Below, in pieces: positions 52,591 to 63,885 of a DNA stretch of 64,000 nucleotides. This DNA comes from Dictyostelium discoideum (Eukaryota). The number at the start of each line of letters is the position of its first letter. Within the stretch, counting starts at the first letter, position 1. The DNA is taken from contig CM000150.2 in assembly GCA_000004695.1 (NCBI GenBank), forward strand, positions 2,080,001 through 2,144,000, given 5' to 3'. The notes beneath the pieces are model-generated. The model saw only the letters and a list, made by a program, of their open reading frames with translations. It searched no databases and had not been told where the DNA came from. A program made the position numbers and the translations under genes.

Positions 52591-53060
52591 GTATTGTTAT
52601 ATATTTATATTAAATTTTTATCTTTACTTTAATAAATTTATATAAAAATTTTTTTATTTTTTTTATTTTTTTATTTATTTATTTTTTTTTTTATTTTTTA
52701 TTTTATTTTTATTATAAACTATACTAAAATATTGTCTATTTTTGTTGTTAAAAATGATATTTGTTAATAGGATACTATTTGAAGTACTAAATGAGAGAGT
52801 GTGTGTGTGTGTGTGTCTTTTTTTATGTTAAAATAAGTAAAAATAAAATAAAAAAAAACAAAAATAAAAAAAAGTGTGGTAAAAAAAAAAAATAAAAAAA
52901 AAAAAAAAAAAAACAATTCAACTGATTATAAAAGGTGTGTGATACTTTTTTTTTTTTTTTTTTCTCAAAATCTTGGAATTAAATGGTGTGTGTGGTGTGA
53001 TGTGGATTGTTGTGTGGATGTATAGCGAGAGATGATCAAAAAAAAAATAAAAATAAAAAT

Positions 53061-53096
<36 letters not shown>

Positions 53097-53977
53097 AATA
53101 AAAATAAAAACTTACAAAAAATAAAATAAATAAAAAAATAAAAAGGTAACTGATTTGATTTGATTTCTTTTTTTTTTGGTTAATCTTATTTTAATAATAT
53201 TATTATTGTTTTTTATTTTTATTGCCGTTGTGAAAAAAAAGACTTTGAAAAATTTTAAAAAAAAAAAAAAAAAAAAATTTTAAAAAATAAAAATAAAAAA
53301 TAAAAAAAAAAAAAATAAAACAAAAAAAAAGATTTTTATACACATTTTTTAAAATTTTAGATAATATCCTACTTCTTATCTTTTTAAACTCGATCGTATT
53401 TTTTTTTTTTTTTTTTTAAACAATATTTTTTATTATTTTCCTATTATTAATTTAGAATCATTTATTCTTAAAAAAGTAAAAACTATATTTTTTTTTCTTT
53501 TTTAACTATCCATCTTGAGGTATGCGGATATTGAAGTTCTAGGTAATCCAACCCTATTGTTTTTAACAACACTTGTGAAAAAAAAAAAAAAAATTATGAC
53601 CTTCATATAATTTAAGAGTGAGAAGTAGGGTTGTGGATTTGTTAGGGGCGTTTTTTTTATTTTTTTTTTACATACAACCTAATTTTTTATTTTTCACACA
53701 CATATTTTCAAATAAAATATGTAAAAAAAAAAAGTCCAAATCCCTTTCAAATAATTTAACTCTCTTTTAATCAACTTTTATTATCAAAATAAAAATAAAA
53801 ATAAAAATAAAAATAAAAATAAAGAAATATATAATAGCGGTCAACCCCACCATCATCTTCAACAACAACTTCACCATCATCTTGTTAATTAATTACACAT
53901 ACACTCTATCACACACCCTTATCAACTTAATTTATTTAAATCAAAACCCAACGAACAAACAATCAAACCATTAACAC

Positions 53978-54021
<44 letters not shown>

Positions 54022-54087
54022 AAAAAAAGAAAATTAACCAAAAAAAAAACACTTTATTAAACTTTGTTTTGATGAGTTAAAAATTAT

Positions 54088-54666
54088 TTAGTATTCTGTA
54101 CTATTTACATTTTGATCTATAATAATTACTTTTTTCCCCAATTTAATAATAAAATTAATGGTTATATATGGTTGCATAATATTGTGTGACTCACCTCTAC
54201 CTGTTTTTCCAAGTGTAATTCCTGTTTTTACATGTGTGGTTACAATATCCTTATGTTATTGATGATAATCAGAAAAACTTCCATGAGGACCACTACTGAA
54301 ACCACCTCCAATAGAATGCCATGTATGACCTGGGTCAATTACGGGATGATCATGAGATGGCAATTCTGAAACTGTTAAAAGATGATTTGTTAAACCAACT
54401 CCATTTCCTGCACCTATTGGACATTTACCACGAAAATCTGGTTTTGAAAATTCATGTTCACTTGAACCAAATGCATCTCCAATTTGTCGATATAATTCTG
54501 GATATGTTAATTTATTTAATGGAGCTCCATCACAAAGAGACCAACCAACTGGTATTTCAATACCTGTAAAAATATTAACTGATCCAGGTTGGATTGAATT
54601 TTCAATTTTTTTTTCTAAATTTGCAACTGCAAGTTTTTGTTTTGTTTCAATGGCTAATTTTGACAT
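54088..54666 (-). pseudogene. Phage tail-collar-domain (MdpB/'microcystin-dependent protein'-like) gene with one in-frame TAA (54256..54258). It would be about 192 aa if read through
   Basis: MSKLAIETKQKLAVANLEKKIENSIQPGSVNIFTGIEIPVGWSLCDGAPLNKLTYPELYRQIGDAFGSSEHEFSKPDFRGKCPIGAGNGVGLTNHLLTVSELPSHDHPV..., then * , then HKDIVTTHVKTGITLGKTGRGESHNIMQPYITINFIIKL.... This matches the tail-collar pattern P.GW..CDG..L....Y..L+..IG..+G......F.LPD+RG+.P.G.G...GL....LG...G.E...LT..++P.H.H, and the C-terminal motif HNNMQPY+.+N+II. Its GC content is about 38%, against about 25% for neighbouring genes. Confidence 0.6.
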
Positions 54667-54689
54667 TTTCTTTTTTAATCTTTTTTAAA

Positions 54690-54970
54690 TTACTTTGAAC
54701 TTTGTAATAGTTTATATAATAAGCCAGATTTCTTGATATAAATACAACAGTGACAATAAATGGTAAGATAAACATTAAGATATTTGATGCTTCTTCTTGC
54801 TTTGATATCAGCATTTGCTAAAGTTTCTGCACAATTTACCATTGCATTGGATACAGCAGTTGAAGATTTTTCAAGACCTTTAGAAACTTGTTTCAAACCA
54901 TCACCAATTTCAGCTCCACCTTATCAACTCCTAAACCAAGAGCACCCAAACTAAAACCGATGATTTCCAT
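54690..54970 (-). pseudogene. Small ORF with an N-terminal hydrophobic/Gly-rich segment, disrupted by a +1 frameshift; adjacent to the tail-collar ORF
   Basis: MEIIGFSLGALGLGVDK..., then a shift, then GGAEIGDGLKQVSKGLEKSSTAVSNAMVNCAETLANADIKARRSIK.... Same strand and same raised GC as the tail-collar ORF. No intron signals bridge the frames. Confidence 0.35.
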
Positions 54971-56448
54971 AAAAAAAATAGAAAAAACTCACAAAATAAA
55001 TATCTAATAATGATTGGGGAGTTTTTTTATAATTATAAATTTTTTTTTTTTTTTTTTTTAATTTCAAGAAAAATAAATAATTATTAGAATTTTTAAAAAT
55101 AAATAACTGGTAGGAAACAGATATTGATAAAATAGAAGAACTATTTATTTTAGAAGCTAATGTGGAAGTTTTGATCGTGTTCTATTAAAATTATTAGAAA
55201 TTATTAACTTAATATTTTAAAAAAAAAAAAATAAAAATAAAAATAATAAAATTAAATTGGTGCCAAAGAAAAAAAAAATAATTAAATAAAAAAAAAATTA
55301 AATTAATAAATAAAAAAATTTTAATTAATTAAATAAAAAAATTAAATAAAAAAATTAAATAAAAAAAAAAATTAATTAAATAAAAAAAAAAAAAAAAAAT
55401 AATAATAATAATAATAATACAAAATTGGTTAATTATTTACAAATATTAATATTGGTTTAATAATTTTAAAAATATATTTGTTTATGGTGTTTATGTTCTT
55501 TTGTTATGTTTAAAGTGATCAAAAAATTATAATTCAAACTTGTATACTATATTCATAACAAGCTGGAAGGATGATGTCTATATCAAGAGGATCAGAAGTC
55601 CATGGGAAGGGTTTGCCGAATTTACTTGATGAATGATTCATTTGAAATTTAAAACATTATGATTAATCGAGACATTTTTATTATATTGAGTTTGATTTTA
55701 TTGTGGAGTTTTCCCCTTTTTTTTTTTTTTTTTTTTTTTAACCCTTGCCCCTTTTTTTTTTGTAAACAAACTAAAATGGCTTTTTAAGAATTTATTTTTT
55801 ATTTTCCCACAAAAAAAATTCATAATGTGGAAATTAATAAAATAATGTTTTAAAAAAAGGGTAAAAATTAATAAGATGTAGGGGACTGTAAAATTAACAT
55901 TACACAATATCAAATTTTTTTTTTTCCCACAAAATCTATTTTTATACCAGTTCCATATACATTTGCTTTTTATTTTTTTTTTTTTTGATTATTTTGATTT
56001 TTTCACATAAAGTGTCATCAACAAATTAAAAATTTAATTTAAAAAAATAAAAAAATAAAAAAAATAAAAAAAAATTTTCAACTGAAAAACCATTTTTTTT
56101 TTTTTTTGAATAAAAAAATAATAAAAACTTATAGTGCTTATATGATCATATGACATTATTAAATAAATAAGTTTTTTATAATTTTATTTTTTTTTTAATT
56201 ATATAATTTTACTAGTAAAATTATTTAATTAATTTTTATTTGATCAATAAAAGTTGATTAAAAGAGAGTTAAATTATTTGAAAGGGGATTTGGACTTTTT
56301 TTTTTTTTTTTTTTTTTTATAAAAAAAAAATCTTTTATTTGAATACATATTTATATCACAAACAATTTGTTAAAAGTAATAAGAGAAAACTAAATAAAAT
56401 TATTTTCAAAGAAATAATTTTTTTTTTTTTTTTTTTTATTTGGTTGAT

Positions 56449-56500
<52 letters not shown>

Positions 56501-56701
56501 CAAAAATTTTTTCAACCAGATTTTAGAATTTTATACAAATTAAAAAAAATAAAAAAACTATTATCTGATTTGTTTAATTGAATTATTAAATATTTATCTA
56601 ATTTTAGTGAATCTGATAAGCTTGAGAAACTATTTAATTTCAAATATTATTTGAGTAATACTTTAAAAGTTTTTTTAGTTTGGTAAATTTTAATTTAAAA
56701 A

Positions 56702-56743
<42 letters not shown>

Positions 56744-57155
56744 TAATATTTTTTTTTTCAAAAGAATTAATTTGTTTTTTTATTTTAATTAAACCCTAAA
56801 TTATTTATCTGAAAAAAAATTTTCGCTTTCCCAAACAGTTTTATTTTTTTATTTGAAAAAAAAAGAAACAATTTTTTGAAAGCTTCCAACTCAATAGCGT
56901 CAAATCTGATCGGAGTTTCAGTTGAAAAATGGGTTTTTTTTTTTTTACAATTTTTTTTAATTTTTTTTCAATTTTTTTTTTTTTTTTCATAAACAAAATC
57001 TTTTTTATTTTACTTTTTTTTTTTTTTTTTTATTTATTGTATACTAAATTTTAGTTTTATATATATTTTTTTTTTTTTGTATATTTAATTTTTTATTTAT
57101 TTATTTTGTAATATTTTTATTTTTTTGTAAATTAATAACCACACATAAAAACAAA

Positions 57156-59957
57156 ATGTCAGAAGAACCAACCCCAGTTTCAGGTAATGACAAACAACTC
57201 TTGAACAAAGCTTGGGAAATTACCCAAAAAAAAGTAAAATATTATTATTTTTTCTATTCAAAAAAAAAAAAAAAAAAATAAATAAATAAATATAATAAAA
57301 TTTTATTAATTTTTTTTATTATTATTATTATTTTTTAAAAATATTTAGACTTTCACAGCATGGTGTAATTCACATTTACGTAAACTTGGATCATCAATTG
57401 AACAAATTGATACAGATTTTACTGATGGTATTAAATTAGCTCAATTATTAGAAGTTATTTCAAATGATCCAGTATTTAAAGTAAACAAAACACCAAAATT
57501 AAGAATTCATAATATCCAAAATGTTGGTCTCTGTTTAAAACATATTGAATCACATGGTGTTAAATTGGTTGGTATTGGTGCTGAAGAGTTAGTTGATAAA
57601 AACTTAAAGATGACTTTGGGTATGATTTGGACAATCATTCTTCGTTTTGCCATTCAAGATATTTCAATTGAAGAATTGAGTGCCAAAGAAGCCCTTTTAC
57701 TTTGGTGTCAAAGAAAGACCGAAGGTTATGACCGTGTTAAAGTTGGTAATTTCCATACCTCATTCCAAGATGGTCTTGCCTTTTGTGCTCTCATCCATAA
57801 ACATAGACCAGATTTAATCAACTTTGACTCTTTAAACAAAGATGATAAAGCTGGTAACTTACAATTGGCTTTTGATATTGCCGAAAAAGAATTGGATATC
57901 CCAAAGATGTTGGATGTTTCCGATATGCTCGATGTCGTTCGTCCAGATGAAAGATCAGTCATGACCTACGTCGCTCAATACTACCATCACTTTTCTGCCT
58001 CTAGAAAAGCTGAAACCGCCGGTAAACAAGTTGGTAAAGTTTTAGATACCTTTATGTTGTTAGAACAAACCAAATCTGATTATCTTAAAAGAGCCAATGA
58101 ACTCGTTCAATGGATTAACGATAAACAAGCATCACTTGAATCACGTGATTTTGGTGATTCCATCGAATCTGTTCAAAGTTTCATGAACGCTCATAAAGAA
58201 TATAAAAAAACCGAAAAACCACCAAAGGGTCAAGAAGTCTCTGAATTGGAAGCTATCTACAATTCATTACAAACTAAATTACGTTTAATTAAACGTGAAC
58301 CATTTGTTGCACCAGCTGGTCTCACTCCAAATGAAATCGATTCCACTTGGTCCGCTTTAGAGAAAGCTGAACAAGAACATGCTGAAGCCCTCCGTATTGA
58401 ACTCAAACGTCAAAAGAAAATTGCAGTTCTCTTACAAAAATACAATCGTATTCTCAAGAAACTCGAAAACTGGGCCACCACCAAATCTGTCTACCTCGGT
58501 TCCAATGAAACCGGTGACAGTATCACTGCTGTTCAAGCTAAATTAAAGAATTTAGAAGCTTTTGATGGTGAATGTCAATCATTGGAAGGTCAATCAAACT
58601 CTGATCTCCTCAGCATTCTTGCTCAATTAACTGAACTCAACTACAATGGTGTACCAGAACTCACTGAACGTAAAGATACATTCTTTGCTCAACAATGGAC
58701 TGGTGTTAAATCATCTGCTGAAACCTACAAAAACACTCTTTTAGCTGAACTTGAAAGACTCCAAAAGATTGAAGACTCATTGGTCGAATTCGCCAAGAGA
58801 GCCGCTCAATTAAATGTTTGGATTGAAGCTGCCGATGATCATGTATTTGATCCAATCAATGTTGACTCTGTTCAAGGTGTCCAAGAAATTCAAGAGAAAT
58901 TCGACGCTTTCCTCCACGATCAATCACAACAATTCGCTGAATTGGAAGCCCTCGCTGCTTTAACTCAACAACTCCGTGAACTCGGTCGTTCTGAAAACGA
59001 TTATTCAGTCATTTCATACGATGAACTCTCTGCCAAATGGAATAATTTATTGGCTGGTATTGAAGAACGTAAAGTTCAACTCGCCAATGAACTCACCACT
59101 CAAACCAACAACGATGTTCTTTGCCAATCATTCTCTGTTAAAGCAAATGAAATTTCAGATTATGTCCGTGTTACTTTAGATGCCATCTCACAAAACACTT
59201 CATCAGATCCACAAGAACAATTAAACAATATCCGTGCTATCATCACCGCTCATGCTGAAAAGAAACCAGAACTCGATGAATTATACACCATTGCTTCTCA
59301 ACTCGAAGAAGCTCAAGTTGTCGATAACAAACATACTCAACACAGTTTAGAATCAATTAAATTAAAATGGGATAAACTCAATACACTCGCTAAAAAGAAT
59401 GAACAAGTTGTTGAAGGTGAAATTCTTGCTAAACAATTAACTGGTGTTACTGCTGAAGAATTAAGTGAATTTAAAGGTATGTATAATTTATTTATTATAA
59501 ATATTAATTAAATTATTTAAAACTCGTCCAATGATTAATAAATAACTTTTTTTAATTAATTAACATGAACGAAAAAGCCTGCTTCTCACATTTCGATAAG
59601 GACAACGATAACAAATTAAATCGTCTTGAATTCTCCTCTTGCTTGAAGAGTATCGGAGATGAATTAACTGAAGAACAATTAAATCAAGTCATCAGTAAAA
59701 TCGATACCGATGGTAATGGTACCATTTCATTCGAAGAATTTATTGATTACATGGTTTCATCACGTAAAGGTACAGACAGCGTTGAATCAACTAAAGCTGC
59801 ATTCAAAGTTATGGCTGAGGATAAAGATTTCATTACTGAAGCTCAAATTCGTGCTGCTATCTCTGATTCTAAACAAATTGATTATTTACTCGCCAGTATG
59901 CCAGCTGTTGAAGGTGGTTTTGACTACAATTCATTTGCTGAAAAATTATACCAATAA
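57156..59957 (+). CDS. abpA: Alpha-actinin A (2 CH domains, 4 spectrin repeats, 2 EF-hands; 861 aa). Exons 57156..57233, 57349..59476, 59578..59957
   Basis: Exon 1 MSEEPTPVSGNDKQLLNKAWEITQKK, then a GTAAAA donor. Exon 2 TFTAWCNSHLRK... holds the CH domains (actin-binding KTFTAWCNSHL, LAFCALIHKHRPDLI) and spectrin repeats through ...AEELSEFK, then a GTATGT donor at 59477. Exon 3 ACFSHFDKDNDNKLNRLEFSSCL...DTDGNGTISFEEFIDYM...YQ* carries the EF-hands. Total 862 codons. Confidence 0.85.
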
Positions 59958-60089
59958 ACAAATAATTATTAATTATAAATACATTTTAAAATTATATTAA
60001 TTTAATTTAAAAAAATTAAACATATAACAATATTCTTTTCATTTTTAATAAGTTTTTTTTTTTTTTTAGTCACATAAAGTTAACTGAAC

Positions 60090-60222
60090 ATTTCAAACTT
60101 TGGGAGAATTCAAGACGATTTAATTTGTTATCCTTATCCTTATCGAAATGTGAGTAGCAGGCTTTTTCGTTCATGTTAATTAATTAATTAAAAAAAGTTA
60201 TTTATTAATCATTGGATGAGTT
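60090..60222 (-). repeat. Inverted duplicate (about 130 bp, about 93% identity) of the end of abpA intron 2 and the first 70 nt of exon 3; about 130 bp past the abpA stop
   Basis: The reverse complement of 60090..60222 is tatttaaaactcatccaatgattaataaataactttttttaattaattaattaacatgaacgaaaaagcctgctactcacatttcgataaggataaggataacaaattaaatcgtcttgaattctcc. The forward copy at 59515..59646 is ...aactcgtccaatgatt...gaaaaagcctgcttctcacatttcgataaggacaacgataacaaattaaatcgtcttgaattctcc. Confidence 0.85.
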
Positions 60223-60792
60223 TTAAATAAAATTAGGTTCTTTTTACAATTTAATTTTTTATAGTTTTCAAAAAAAAATGAATATAATCATAACTTATGT
60301 AAAACAAACACTATTATTTATGTGATTGAAAAAATAATTGTTTTAAATTTATTTATAAAAAACAAATCAACCTTTTTTTAAATTAATAATTCCAACGATA
60401 TATAATTTTAAATTAAGTTAACAATAAAACAATTCATTTTTTCGTTTTAATGTATATTTATTTAAAAGATTCAAAATGTATTACAAAAATTTATTATTTA
60501 AAATAATATCAATTTAAAATGTGTTTTTGTTGTTAGCAATGAATAAAGATTAATTCATTTATCAATGTAGTGATTTAAAAAATTTTAGACTTTTAAAATT
60601 GAAATTATGTATAAATGTCATATCCAATGTATGGCTGCATTAATTATAGATCACCAAATGGAGATGTTATTAAAAATCTTAAAGCATTCAAATTTAATAA
60701 AGATGAATAATTAAAGGTAGAAGCACTGGTTATAATGTATGATTCTTTGATTAAATCATTCAATAGAGGTGTTTTTTTTCTTTTTGGTGATA

Positions 60793-61030
60793 TTACAAAT
60801 TTAAGTAGAGAATTGCCAGAACTTGAAGGTTTAGGGTGGTTGGATTATTTGTTTTTTTACAAAACATAAGTGAAAATGGATTTTGATCGTTGCAACGATA
60901 TCCACATTCTATTGTTTTATATTGACATTTTTGACCATAATATGCTGGTGCACATTGACATTGACCATCTAAACAACAAAGACCATTACCAGAACAACCA
61001 GTATTAAAGCAATTACCAAATGAAGGTTTA
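60793..61030 (-). pseudogene. Orphan EGF-like-domain coding fragment with no start codon or splice context
   Basis: The minus strand reads KPSFGNCFNTGCSGNGLCCLDGQCQCAPAYYGQKCQYKTIECGYRCNDQNPFSLMFCKKTNNPTTLNLQVLAILYLNL*. This is an EGF/tenascin-type Cys pattern, related to the CSGNGICDSSLNCICNKGYTSYDC repeat of the large gene at 61889..64000. Confidence 0.3.
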
Positions 61031-61133
61031 TATCAATAAAATAATAAAATAAATAAATAAATAAAAAAAAAATTAAAAAGTTTTAGAAAATAATTAAAAT
61101 TTAAAAAACTAATTTTGATAAAAAGGAAAGTAT

Positions 61134-61199
61134 GTATGTATGTATGTATGTATGTATGTATGTATGTATGTATGTATGTATGTATGTATGTATGTATGA
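61134..61199. repeat. (GTAT)n microsatellite, about 16 units
   Basis: gtatgtatgtatg... is continuous. A shorter second run lies at about 61808..61832. Confidence 0.95.
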
Positions 61200-61560
61200 T
61201 TTATAAATAACTTTTTTTAATTAATTAATTAACATGAACAAAAAAGCCTGCTTCTCGCATTTCTACAAGGATAAAGACAACAAATTAAATCGTCTTGAGT
61301 TTAGTTCTAGCTTGAAGAGTATCGGAGATGAATTAACTGAAGAATAATTAAATCAAGTCATCAGTAAAATCGACACGGATGGTAATGGTACCATTTCATT
61401 AGAAGAATTTATTGATTACATGGTTTCATCACGTAAAGGTACAGACAGCGTTGAATCAAATAAATGCTGCTATCCCTGATTCTAAACAAATTGATTATTT
61501 ACTTGCCAGCATGCCAGCTGTTGAAGGTGGTTTTGATTACAATTCATTTGCTGAAAATTA
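61195..61560 (+). pseudogene. Degenerate direct copy of abpA exon 3 (EF-hand exon) with its upstream intron end. It has a premature TAA and an internal deletion of about 75 bp
   Basis: ...taattaattaattaacatgaacaaaaaagcctgcttctcgcatttctacaaggataaagacaacaaattaaatcgtcttgagtttagttctagcttgaagagtatcggagatgaattaactgaagaaTAAttaaatcaagtcatcagtaaaatcgacacggatggtaatggtaccatttcat... The stretch corresponding to KAAFKVMAEDKDFITEAQIRAAIS has been deleted. It ends ...gctgaaaattattaataa. Confidence 0.85.
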
Positions 61561-61888
61561 TTAATAAATTAATAAAATAAATAAATAAAAAAAAAAAAAA
61601 TTAAAAAGTTTTTGAATAAATATTTAATAAAAATGAAAATAATTTTTTATTTTTAGTTTTTAAAGAAAAGGATTTTTTTTTTTATTTAATCAATAAAACT
61701 TTTAAAAAAACCTAATTTCTTTAGTAAATATTGAATAAAGAAATATTAATCCCTTTCTTTATTGTACCCATTTTTTTTTTTTTTTTTTTTTATATGTTGA
61801 TATTATTTTTATGTATGTATGTATGAATGTATGTGCCAATGTGCACTTAAAGTATTATTACAAGATTATTTAATTGTTGATATGTTTG

Positions 61889-63843
61889 TTATTGTGTTTT
61901 ACAACCTTCACCAACTTTAATAGTATTAAATTTCATTCCATTGTATCTATCATCCAATTCTTCTTCTTCCTCTTCATTTTTGGTTTGTATTGGATTATCT
62001 TTTATTTCTAAATTATTATTATTTCTTTCAATTTCAATATTATCCCTAGTTGAAGTTGTTGAAGTCGAAGGTACAGAGGTTGAATGGGATCTTGGTTTTG
62101 ATATGATTTCTATATTTGGCATTGAATTATTTGGATTATCAACTACAGTATTATAACGTGGTGGTGATTGTGGCATTGGTTGTACTGGTGATGAATCATT
62201 TCTTGTTGTTCTATAGTTATCAACAATATCATTATAATTATAATCTGGTGATAAGGTAATACTTGAAGTCATTGGATTTTCACCTAAATATATTCTTTCA
62301 TGTGATTTATTATTATTATTATCATCATCATCATTATTATTATTATTATTATTATGTTGATTTTGTTGTTGTTTTTGATTTTGTTGTTGTTGTAGTGGAT
62401 TTATTACCATTACATCTCTTGAAGATTTTCTTAATGCTAAATTTATATTTGCAATTGTTCTTTCAACTTTATTACGTTGGTGAATGAAAATTAATGAACC
62501 TAATAATATAACAATACCTAATACACCACAAGCACCAATGAAATAATATTTCCATTTTGAAGAATCTTGATCATTGGTTATTGAATTACGATTTATAGAA
62601 TCAGTATTTGAATGTAAAACAAAGGATGAACCAATTTCAAATGAATTTGAATTACTAATATTTTTAAATGGAATTTTAATTGAAATGAATGCTGTATTAT
62701 TATTAATTATTGGTTTTTGTTGATTCTCTAATAGAGTTGATGTTGCAACTAAATTTGTTAATTCAAATGAATTTGAAAATTTAAATTTATTTGCCAATGT
62801 AAATAATAGGTAATTTGATTCATCCTTTTCTCTAATTAAAATGTAACCATTATCAACTATTTCCGATTCAATTTCTTTTCTACTATCAATTGATTTAATT
62901 TGAAATAGAAATTCAATCATATCATTTCCATCACCTCCAACAGTTGTTGATATTAAAGATTTTATTAAATTATTAATTTCTAATGAAACAATTACAGAAT
63001 TATTTGATATTGGTAAATTTGTACCATAATAATCATAAAATGAATTTGTTGTCGTTGTTGTCGTTTGATTATAAATATAATTTGATTTAATTGAAAATTT
63101 TGAAAATATATTATCATCATTTGTACCACTAAATTCAAAACCATTTTCATTTTTAATTTGATTTTTATTTGTTAAAGATGAAATTGGTATTGTTAATGAT
63201 TGAAATCCTAATGAATTTAAAATTCTAATATGTGAAACTGAAATAATATAACCATTATTTTTATTTAATGTCAATTTAAATGAATTAAAATCATTTGTTT
63301 CTGGTTTTATTATTGTAGTACTTTCTAAATCAACAAATTTAATTGAACAATCATATGATGTATAACCTTTATTACAAATACAATTCAATGAAGAATCACA
63401 AATTCCATTACCACTACAATCATTATTACCATTTAATTGATAATTATTATTATTGAACCAACTTTTTGATGGACATTTTTTCCAAGATGGTAAAAATGGG
63501 AATAAATTATTTAATGAATCACTTGTTACATTACCAATTCTAATATAGGTTAGTGTTGATGATAAATATGAATTTCTAATATAATTAACATTTAAATCAC
63601 ATGTTAATTTTTTATCACTTAATAGTTTAACATTTGGACAATTTTGATTTAATAATATAACTTTAATATCATTACTATTTAAATCTATATTAAAATGGTT
63701 ACCTGATATTGTTACTTTTGAAACACCACTACTTGAATATAAATCAACTTGAGTAATTGTTTCAATAGTTGGTTTTGGAATTCTAAATAAAACTTTTTTA
63801 ATAATATTCTTTTCATCAATTATAATATCATTATCATTATTAA

Positions 63844-63885
<42 letters not shown>

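Larger units (their letters stand above)
53703..56350. mobile_element. About 2.6 kb segment bounded by about 80-100 bp terminal inverted repeats, carrying decayed bacterial/phage-like ORFs. Candidate non-autonomous mobile element or foreign-DNA cassette
   Basis: Left arm 53703..53783 (…tcaaataaaatatgtaaaaaaaaaaagtccaaatccctttcaaataatttaactctcttttaatcaacttttatt) is the reverse complement of the right arm 56246..56350 (…aataaaagttgattaaaagagagttaaattatttgaaaggggatttggac + poly-T + ataaaaaaaaaatcttttatttga…). The 60 bp core is near-perfect with one indel. The interior has GC-richer islands and three minus-strand ORFs, described separately. Confidence 0.55.

Noticed and set aside
56860-56935. GC-richer 75 bp patch (caactcaatagcgtcaaatctgatcggagtttcagttg) upstream of abpA
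   Set aside because: No cloverleaf and no box C/D or H/ACA features could be recognised by eye. Too little evidence to call it an ncRNA.
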